From: Rhizobiaceae bacterium
GTDB taxonomy: Bacteria; Pseudomonadota; Alphaproteobacteria; Rhizobiales; Rhizobiaceae
Assembly (NCBI GenBank): GCA_965216105.1
Contig: OZ244147.1
Location: forward strand, 1,032,764-1,096,763
Length of the DNA: 64,000 nt
Reading direction: 5' to 3'
Both the position numbers and the translations under genes were made by a program. Positions 57,625 through 64,000 of this stretch are shown here, one piece after another; the stretch's first letter is position 1; the number at the start of each line of letters is the position of its first letter. Under the pieces are notes generated by a model that ran no database searches, was not told the DNA's origin, and was given only the letters and a program-made list of their open reading frames with translations.

Positions 57625-57855
57625 ATGAAGTTTTTCCAGACCCTGCCGGCAGCTGTGCTGCTCTCAATGGCTTTCAGTGGTCAGGCTCTCGCCCATGCCG
57701 GGCATATCGGGGAGCTTGCAGGCCACTCGCACTGGGTCGGGGTTGGTGCACTTGTCGTAGCTGGCGCTCTTGCTGCAATTGTGGGCAAGCTTGCCCAGAA
57801 GGATGAAGAAAAGGAAGAAGTTGCCGATGCCGAAACCGCTGAAGAGGCGGCCTGA
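57625..57855 (+). CDS. Small secreted/membrane-anchored His-motif protein, first gene of the cob operon (candidate cobalt-handling protein)
   Basis: RBS GAAAGGA. Signal peptide MKFFQTLPAAVLLSMAFSGQALA. Then HAGHIGELAGHSHW, one TM segment (VGVGALVVAGALAAIVGKLA) and an acidic tail. The stop is 2 nt before the cbiX start. Confidence 0.6.
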   Translation: MKFFQTLPAAVLLSMAFSGQALAHAGHIGELAGHSHWVGVGALVVAGALAAIVGKLAQKDEEKEEVADAETAEEAA

Positions 57856-57857
57856 AC

Positions 57858-59012
57858 ATGTCCGAGAAACTGGGAATCATGGTTTGTGGCCATGGCAGCC
57901 GAAACCAGAATGCAGCGAAGGAATTCTCCAAGGTTGCGACCGGCCTGAAGGAACTTTTTCCGGAACTGCCTGTCGAATACGGCTATCTTGAATTTTGCAA
58001 TCCCGTGATCCATTCGGGGCTTGATTCACTTCGTGACCAGGGGGTCACACGTGTCCTCGCCGTGCCTGGAATGCTGTTTGCTGCAGGCCATGCCAAGAAT
58101 GACATACCGTCCGTGCTGAATACCTACGCTGCCCAGAATCCGGGCATGGCCGTTGAATATGGACGGGAGCTTGGGGTTGACCTGAAGATGATCAGGGCCG
58201 CTGCCGAGCGCATTGACGAGGCGATCGCGGCCTGCGAAACGCAGGTTGATCCGCATGATACCCTGCTCATGGTTGTCGGTCGTGGTTCCTCCGATCCCGA
58301 CGCCAACTCAAATGTGGCCAAGGTGATGCGCATGCTCTGGGAAGGAAAGGGCTTTGGGTGGGGGGAGACCTGTTATTCCGGGGTGACATTCCCGCTGGTT
58401 GAGCCGGCGCTCGAGCATGCTGCGAAACTCGGTTACAAGCGAATTGTCATCTTTCCGTACTTTCTGTTTACCGGTGTGCTGATCAAGCGCATTTATGCCT
58501 ATACGGACGAGGTTGCCGCCCGCCATCCCGATATCGAGTTCGTCAAGGCAGGTTACCTTAATGACCATCCGCTGGTGCTGGACACGTTTCGCGACCGGGT
58601 GAACGAGATTGTCGAGGGTTCGGCGGTAATGAACTGCCAGATGTGCAAGTATCGTGAGCAGGTGCTTGGTTTCGAAGACCAGGTCGGACTTGCCCAGGAA
58701 AGCCATCATCATCACGTTGAGGGAATCGGCGGGGGGCTGGAAAACTGTCCCTGCGAGGGTGATTGCGATGCTTCCTGCAGGGAAGAGGAGTTCTGCCTCA
58801 AGCATGGCCTGCCATGGACGCCGGTGCACAGTCATGCGTCTCCCGGCCCTCTGGAGCCGCAAGGCGACCATCATCATCACCACCACGGGCATTCACACAG
58901 TCATTCGCACAGTCATGATCATGGCCATTCCCACGGGCATGACCATGACCACCATCATCATCCCTATCCGCATGCGGATCATCCGCACGGACCGGAGAGC
59001 ATGAAGAAGTGA
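57858..59012 (+). CDS. cbiX: Long-form CbiX-type sirohydrochlorin cobaltochelatase with an MxCxxC motif and a poly-His tail
   Basis: Duplicated CbiX fold (IMVCGHGSR... and LMVVGRGSSDPDAN...). MNCQMC motif as in the Bacillus megaterium CbiX Fe-S site. An extra Cys cluster. Tail GDHHHHHHGHSHSHSHSHDHGHSHGHDHDHHHH. Confidence 0.85.
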   Translation: MSEKLGIMVCGHGSRNQNAAKEFSKVATGLKELFPELPVEYGYLEFCNPVIHSGLDSLRDQGVTRVLAVPGMLFAAGHAKNDIPSVLNTYAAQNPGMAVEYGRELGVDLKMIRAAAERIDEAIAACETQVDPHDTLLMVVGRGSSDPDANSNVAKVMRMLWEGKGFGWGETCYSGVTFPLVEPALEHAAKLGYKRIVIFPYFLFTGVLIKRIYAYTDEVAARHPDIEFVKAGYLNDHPLVLDTFRDRVNEIVEGSAVMNCQMCKYREQVLGFEDQVGLAQESHHHHVEGIGGGLENCPCEGDCDASCREEEFCLKHGLPWTPVHSHASPGPLEPQGDHHHHHHGHSHSHSHSHDHGHSHGHDHDHHHHPYPHADHPHGPESMKK

Positions 59013-59650
59013 TGATGGCCGTGGCCGATTATATCCACGATCCGGACGAGATTTACAGGCAGTCCTTTGCAACGGTTGAGCGCGAGGCGCGACTCGACCG
59101 GTTGCCGGAAGCAATGCAGCCACTGGCAATGCGGCTGATTCATTCTTGCGGAATGATCGACATACTTGATGACCTCGATTTTTCAGGTGGCGCTGCCGAA
59201 GCGGGAATTGCTGCGCTGAAAACGGAACGTCCCATGGTTCACTGCGATGTCGAGATGGTAAAGGCAGGAATCACGCGCAAGTTTCTTCCACCGGAGACAA
59301 GGCTTGTATGTACGCTTAACGAGCAGGAGGTACCTGACCGTGCCAAGGCAATCGGCAATACCCGATCCGCAGCTGCGGTTGAATTCTGGGAAGAACTCGA
59401 AGGGTCGATTGTCGTCATCGGGAACGCGCCCACGGCACTATTCCATTTGCTGGATCGCATCGCCGGTGGCGAGGCCAAGCCTGCACTGATTATCGGAATT
59501 CCGGTTGGTTTCATCGGAGCGGCAGAATCGAAAGCGGCTCTGGCGGGCAATGAACTCGGCCTTGAGTTCGTTACGGTACATGGCCGGCGGGGCGGCTCTG
59601 CAATGGCGGCCAGCATTGTCAACGCGCTGGCGAGCGGATTGAAATCATGA
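59009..59650 (+). CDS. cobH: Precorrin-8X methylmutase
   Basis: 213 aa. DYIHDPDEIYRQSF N-terminus, VIGNAPTALFHL, GFIGAAESK. The start overlaps the cbiX stop. Confidence 0.93.
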   Translation: MMMAVADYIHDPDEIYRQSFATVEREARLDRLPEAMQPLAMRLIHSCGMIDILDDLDFSGGAAEAGIAALKTERPMVHCDVEMVKAGITRKFLPPETRLVCTLNEQEVPDRAKAIGNTRSAAAVEFWEELEGSIVVIGNAPTALFHLLDRIAGGEAKPALIIGIPVGFIGAAESKAALAGNELGLEFVTVHGRRGGSAMAASIVNALASGLKS

Positions 59651-60849
59651 GCAATGCCTGGCTGGACATTGTCGGCATAGGTGAGGATGGTGTCGATGGC
59701 CTGTCTGCCGATGCGCTTGCCCGGGTGTCAGAGGCAGAAATCATCATTGGCGGTGATCGCCATCACAAACTGGCTCCAAACCCTGACGCCAAACGCATTG
59801 CCTGGCCATCTCCGTTTGATGCGATGATTGATGAAATCCGTTCCCACAAGGGACGGCGCATCGTAATTCTGGTGACCGGCGACCCTCTCTGGTTTTCTGT
59901 TGGTGCTCGAATTCTGAAGGCAATTCCGGCTGAGGAAGTGCGTTTTTTCCCGCAGCTTTCAGCCTTTCAGTGGGCGGCTTGCAGAATGGGGTGGAGCCTG
60001 GCTGACTGTGATACTGTCACGGTACACGGCAGGGCAGTTGAACAGATCATTCCCCATTTTGCGCCGCGCGCCAGATTGTTTGTCCTGACCCGGGACGGGG
60101 ATACGCCACGTGAAGTGGCTGCACTGCTTTGCAAGACAGGCTATTCGCGGAGCCGGATAAGCGTACTGTCTGCCTTGGGTGGGCGTGATGAAAGCAGAAT
60201 GGACGGCATTGCGGAAAACTGGTCTGCGCGCGCTCCTGATTTTCATACACTCGCGATAGAATGCGTTGCGGATGAGGGACTGGATTTCCACTCCCGGTCT
60301 GGCGGTTTGCCTGATGCGGCTTTCGTTCATGACGGGCAATTGACCAAACAGGCTGTTCGTGCCGTAACGCTCTCTTCGCTGGCCCCGTTTCCCGATGCCG
60401 TGCTTTGGGATATCGGTGCGGGGTGTGGCTCGGTGGCCGTCGAATGGATGCGCGCCAGCCGGGGTGCGGTTGCCCATGCCGTGGAGCCGGATGAAGGGCG
60501 ATGTGGCATGATCAGGGAGAATGCCGTCAAGCTGGGCGTGCCCAAGCTGAACATTCTCCAGGGCATTGCCCCGGACAAACTTGAAGGACTGCCCCGGCCA
60601 GATGCAATTTTCATCGGCGGCGGTTTGACGACTGACGGTGTTTTCGAGGCTTGCTGGAATGCCCTGCGTCCGGGCGGACGACTGGTGGCCAATGCGGTAA
60701 CAGTCGAAAGTGAAGCATGTCTGGGCAAATTGCATGGTCAACACGGGGGCAACCTCGTGCGGCTCGGTATCCAGACTGCCGAGCCTGTTGGCCGTTTCCG
60801 CGGCTGGAAACCGGCAATGCCGGTTACCCAATGGTCTGTGGTCAAGTGA
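59647..60849 (+). CDS. cobL: Precorrin-6Y C5,15-methyltransferase (decarboxylating), CbiE+CbiT fusion
   Basis: 400 aa. N-terminal tetrapyrrole methylase half. C-terminal class I methyltransferase half with VLWDIGAGCGSVAVE. ATGA overlap with cobH. Confidence 0.92.
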   Translation: MSNAWLDIVGIGEDGVDGLSADALARVSEAEIIIGGDRHHKLAPNPDAKRIAWPSPFDAMIDEIRSHKGRRIVILVTGDPLWFSVGARILKAIPAEEVRFFPQLSAFQWAACRMGWSLADCDTVTVHGRAVEQIIPHFAPRARLFVLTRDGDTPREVAALLCKTGYSRSRISVLSALGGRDESRMDGIAENWSARAPDFHTLAIECVADEGLDFHSRSGGLPDAAFVHDGQLTKQAVRAVTLSSLAPFPDAVLWDIGAGCGSVAVEWMRASRGAVAHAVEPDEGRCGMIRENAVKLGVPKLNILQGIAPDKLEGLPRPDAIFIGGGLTTDGVFEACWNALRPGGRLVANAVTVESEACLGKLHGQHGGNLVRLGIQTAEPVGRFRGWKPAMPVTQWSVVK

Positions 60850-60856
60850 GGTTTTC

Positions 60857-61597
60857 ATGAGTGGCACGCTTTACGGACTGGGTGTGGGGCCGGGGGACCC
60901 GGAACTGATTACCCTCAAGGCCCATCGCATTTTGAAGGCCTGTCCTGTTGTCGCCTATCCTGCGCCTGACGACGGGGAAAGCTTTGCCCGGTCCATTGTT
61001 TCAGAATATCTTGACCCTTCCCAGACTGAAATTCCCATTGTTATTCCAATGCGGGTTGAGCGCTTTCCAGCTGCCCGGATCTATGACGAAAAGGCAGACG
61101 AGATTGCCGGTCACCTGAAAGCAGGCAGGGATGTCTGTGTGCTGTGCGAGGGGGATCCGTTTTTTTATGGGTCCTTCATGTATGTGTTTGAACGGCTGTC
61201 CGGGGAATTTGATTGCCAGATCGTACCCGGCATCTCTTCCCTCATGGCTTCGGCTGCTGCCCTGCAACGCCCGCTTGCCGCCCGCAACGATGTGCTGACC
61301 ATCTGCCCGGCACCGCTTGATGACGATACCCTGCTTGCGCGGTTCTCTTCCGGCGATGCAATTGCCGTTATCAAGATCGGGCGGCATTTTGCCCGGATAC
61401 GCGCACTCATAGAAGAAGCCGGACTGATGGCGCGTGCCGGATATCTGGAGCGGGTCAGTCTTGAAGAACAGAAGATCATGCCGTTGGCGCGTGTACCGGA
61501 TGACAAGGCTCCCTATTTCTCCATGATCCTGATCTACAAGGGCGCCGAAGACTGGATCGGCAATCTTGCAATACCGGTTGAGGGCATGACCGGATGA
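60857..61597 (+). CDS. cobI: Precorrin-2 C20-methyltransferase
   Basis: Start at ATG 60857 after GTGAGG. MSGTLYGLGVGPGDPELITLKAHRIL N-terminus. Confidence 0.92.
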   Translation: MSGTLYGLGVGPGDPELITLKAHRILKACPVVAYPAPDDGESFARSIVSEYLDPSQTEIPIVIPMRVERFPAARIYDEKADEIAGHLKAGRDVCVLCEGDPFFYGSFMYVFERLSGEFDCQIVPGISSLMASAAALQRPLAARNDVLTICPAPLDDDTLLARFSSGDAIAVIKIGRHFARIRALIEEAGLMARAGYLERVSLEEQKIMPLARVPDDKAPYFSMILIYKGAEDWIGNLAIPVEGMTG

Positions 61598-63408
61598 CAA
61601 GCATTATCATTCTTTCCGACAGTGCTTTTGAAACGGCCAGCAGGATCAAGCAGGTTACGGGAGGCAGCATTGAAGGGCTGGCCACACGCTGCAGCCGGGC
61701 TGACACCACGTTTGATGATACCCGGACACACATGCAAACGCGCTTCAGGGCTGGCGAGCCGGTTATTGCAGTCATGGCGGCCGGTGCCATCATAAGGCTG
61801 TTGGCGCCCCTGCTTGCCGACAAGCAGAAAGAGCCGCCTGTTCTTGCCGTAGCTGAAGACGGTACTTCCGTGGTGCCGCTGCTTGGGGGACATCATGGCG
61901 CGAATGACCTGGCTGAACAGGTAGCCGTGGGCCTTGAAGCGCATGCGGCCATAACCACGGCCGGCGATTTGAGGTTTGGCATTGCCCTCGACAATCCGCC
62001 CGAAGGCTGGACGCTGGCCAATCCCGAAAACGCAAAGAACGTCATGGCGGCGCTATTGTCGGGTGATGAAGTGCGGCTTCAGGGCAGGTATATCAATGGC
62101 GCACGCTGGCTGATGGAAAGCAGGTTGCCGCTCGATGATGACGGGGAATGCGTGATCAGCACCTCGGAAACGGTTCGTGATCATGCACCGCTGGAACTCG
62201 TTTATTATCCACGCCGCCATGTGCTGGGTGTCGGATGCGAACGCGGTGCCGAACCTTCCGAAGTGATCGGCCTCGTCAAACAGGCATTGGCTGACCATAG
62301 CCTGCCACCCGCCTGCATAGCCGCAGTCGCCTCGATTGACCTGAAGGCGGACGAGGTGGCAATTCATGCTGTGGCGGAGCATCTGGGCGTACCGGCAATA
62401 TTCTTTGATGCGGCGAGACTGGAACAGGAAACACCGCGTCTTGCCAATCCATCCGATGTGGTTTTCGCGGAAGTGGGGTGTCATGGCGTTGCGGAAGGTG
62501 CAGCGCTTGCGGCAACAGGGGATGATGGCCTTCTCGTCCAGCAAAAGAAGAAATCGAAACGGGCAACGGTTGCGATTGCGCGTGCACAGGAAATACTCGA
62601 CATGAATGATATCGGCAAGGCTCGTGGAAAGCTGTTCGTTGTTGGCATTGGGCCGGGACAGGAAGGCTGGCGTTCGCCCGAAGTAACCCGAATGATCGGT
62701 GCATCAACGGACCTGGTTGGCTATACGCTTTACCTTGATCTGATCGCCCAGGTTTCGGAAGGAAAAGTGCGACATGATTTCGACCTTGGCAAAGAGGAAG
62801 ACCGTGTGCGCCATGCCATGGAGCTGGCAGGCGAGGGAAAGGATGTCGCTCTTGTCTGTTCCGGTGACGCCGGCATTTATGCCATGGCAACGCTTGTCTT
62901 TGAACTTTTGGCCGATGGCGGATTGAGCGACCAGGCCAGACGTATCGGAATTGAGGTTTCACCGGGAATTTCTGCATTGCAGGCTGCTGCGGCAAGGGCT
63001 GGTGCACCTTTGGGGCACGACTTTTGTACCATCTCCCTGTCTGACCTGCTTACCCCCTGGGAATCAATCAAGATGCGCGTCAAGGCTGCTGCGGAAGGTG
63101 ATTTTGTCATTGCTTTCTACAACCCGGTCTCCAAGCGCCGCCGTACCCAGCTTGCCCATGCCAGGGAAGTCCTGCTCAATCATCGCCCGGCCGATACGCC
63201 GGTCATCCTGGCAACCAATCTCGGGCGCGAGGGAGAACTGGTCCGGGTTGTTCCGCTTAGTGAACTCAAGGTTGATGATGTGGACATGCTGACCGTGGTG
63301 ATTGTCGGCTCATCGGATACAAAAACAGTGAAAACAGGAGACGGCAAAACCTGGGTTTACACACCACGCGGCTATTCGGCCAAAGAAGGCACGGGGATCA
63401 ATACATGA
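61594..63408 (+). CDS. cobJ: Fusion of full-length CbiG-like protein with precorrin-3B C17-methyltransferase (CobJ/CbiH)
   Basis: 604 aa. CbiG N-domain ([47 protein letters not shown]). CbiG C/CobE domain ([19 protein letters not shown]...[10 protein letters not shown]...PAIFF). Then a tetrapyrrole methylase ([18 protein letters not shown]...). Confidence 0.88.
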   Translation: MTSIIILSDSAFETASRIKQVTGGSIEGLATRCSRADTTFDDTRTHMQTRFRAGEPVIAVMAAGAIIRLLAPLLADKQKEPPVLAVAEDGTSVVPLLGGHHGANDLAEQVAVGLEAHAAITTAGDLRFGIALDNPPEGWTLANPENAKNVMAALLSGDEVRLQGRYINGARWLMESRLPLDDDGECVISTSETVRDHAPLELVYYPRRHVLGVGCERGAEPSEVIGLVKQALADHSLPPACIAAVASIDLKADEVAIHAVAEHLGVPAIFFDAARLEQETPRLANPSDVVFAEVGCHGVAEGAALAATGDDGLLVQQKKKSKRATVAIARAQEILDMNDIGKARGKLFVVGIGPGQEGWRSPEVTRMIGASTDLVGYTLYLDLIAQVSEGKVRHDFDLGKEEDRVRHAMELAGEGKDVALVCSGDAGIYAMATLVFELLADGGLSDQARRIGIEVSPGISALQAAAARAGAPLGHDFCTISLSDLLTPWESIKMRVKAAAEGDFVIAFYNPVSKRRRTQLAHAREVLLNHRPADTPVILATNLGREGELVRVVPLSELKVDDVDMLTVVIVGSSDTKTVKTGDGKTWVYTPRGYSAKEGTGINT

Positions 63409-64000
63409 CAGTCTATTTCATTGGAGCCGGACCAGGGGCGCCTGATCTCATTACCGTTCGCGGACTGCGGCTGATAGAGCGTTGCCCGGTCTGCCTTTAT
63501 GCCGGATCACTTGTGCCCGAGGAAATCGTCGCTGCCGCGCCGCAAGATGCCCAGGTCGATGATACTGCGCCGATGCATCTTGACGAGATTGTCGGGATGA
63601 TCCGCCAGGCCCATGCGGAAGGCAAGGATGTAGCGCGGGTTCATTCCGGTGATCCCTCGATTTACGGGGCAACGGCTGAGCAGATGCGCAGGCTGGACGA
63701 GCTTGAAATTCCGTATGAAGTGGTGCCCGGTGTGCCGGCATTTGCCGGGGCAGCCGCTGCACTCAAAGCGGAACTCACCCTGCCGGAAATCGCCCAGACG
63801 ATCATTGTTACCCGTACCGGCATGAAGGCTTCTTCCATGCCTGAAGGTGAGCAGCTGGAAACACTTGGCCAGTCTGGCGCGACCCTGGCCATACACCTTT
63901 CCATTCGCAATCTGGTTTATGTCAGGGAAGCCCTTGAACCATATTACGGGGCAGATTGCCCTGTGGTTATTGCCTACCGGGCAACATGGCCGGACGAGCT
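63405..64000 (+). CDS. cobM: Precorrin-4 C11-methyltransferase, N-terminal 198 codons (runs off the right edge)
   Basis: Not in the ORF track (no stop in the window). ATGA overlap with the cobJ stop. [38 protein letters not shown]...[11 protein letters not shown]... Confidence 0.92.
   Translation, partial: MTVYFIGAGPGAPDLITVRGLRLIERCPVCLYAGSLVPEEIVAAAPQDAQVDDTAPMHLDEIVGMIRQAHAEGKDVARVHSGDPSIYGATAEQMRRLDELEIPYEVVPGVPAFAGAAAALKAELTLPEIAQTIIVTRTGMKASSMPEGEQLETLGQSGATLAIHLSIRNLVYVREALEPYYGADCPVVIAYRATWPDE

Noticed and set aside
58860-58990. Repetitive CAT/CAC-rich DNA that might look like a tandem repeat or array
   Set aside because: It is the in-frame poly-His/His-Ser/His-Asp tail of CbiX, that is, coding low complexity. 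It has no spacer-repeat periodicity.
1-64000. Search for CRISPR arrays, tRNA/rRNA genes, transposases/integrases, toxin-antitoxin pairs or known defence genes
   Set aside because: I found none on either strand by eye. Intergenic regions are short and are explained by promoters and terminators, except for the regions listed in the findings.

Overview
This 64-kb window looks like core chromosome from a moderately GC-rich alphaproteobacterium. The evidence is Rhizobiales/Rhodobacterales-type content: split carB ... carA-yqeY-dnaG-rpoD synteny, a Porin_2-type porin and aerobic-type cob genes. I can support about 55 protein-coding genes. Two of them, carB at the left edge and cobM at the right edge, are missing from the ORF track because they run off the window. 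I also support several intrinsic terminators and a few operator-like palindromes. I recognised no rRNA, tRNA, CRISPR array, transposase, integrase or phage gene, so this is not an obvious accessory island. Functional blocks: (1) 0-16 kb, housekeeping: carB, carA, yqeY, dnaG, rpoD, plus a stand-alone B12-binding radical SAM gene. (2) 18-32 kb, CoA-thioester metabolism: a fadJ-like gene, paaG-paaI-paaK with a TetR regulator, a thiolase and an SDR dehydrogenase. (3) Methylated-amine metabolism: an orphan non-Pyl MttB at 21.2 kb, and a tightly coupled six-gene operon at 34.2-41.9 kb. In that operon two DMGDH-like FAD/GcvT dehydrogenases flank a DUF2867-like protein, a PNPOx-like protein and an aminotransferase. 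(4) Two cobalamin operons: cobQ-cobU-cobW-cobN-cobO-ilvA-like at 43.5-52.5 kb, and a small His-motif membrane protein-cbiX(long)-cobH-cobL-cobI-cbiG::cobJ-cobM from 57.6 kb to the window end. A 1426-aa multi-PAS hybrid histidine kinase separates them. The most interesting items are the uncharacterised demethylase/aminotransferase operon, the small His-motif membrane protein and structured leader heading the second cob operon, the mixed early/late cobalt-insertion gene set, and a 22-nt perfect inverted repeat shared by two convergent terminators. I cannot support a novel defence-type or mobile system from this sequence. All functional calls rest on motif and family recognition by eye and need database confirmation.
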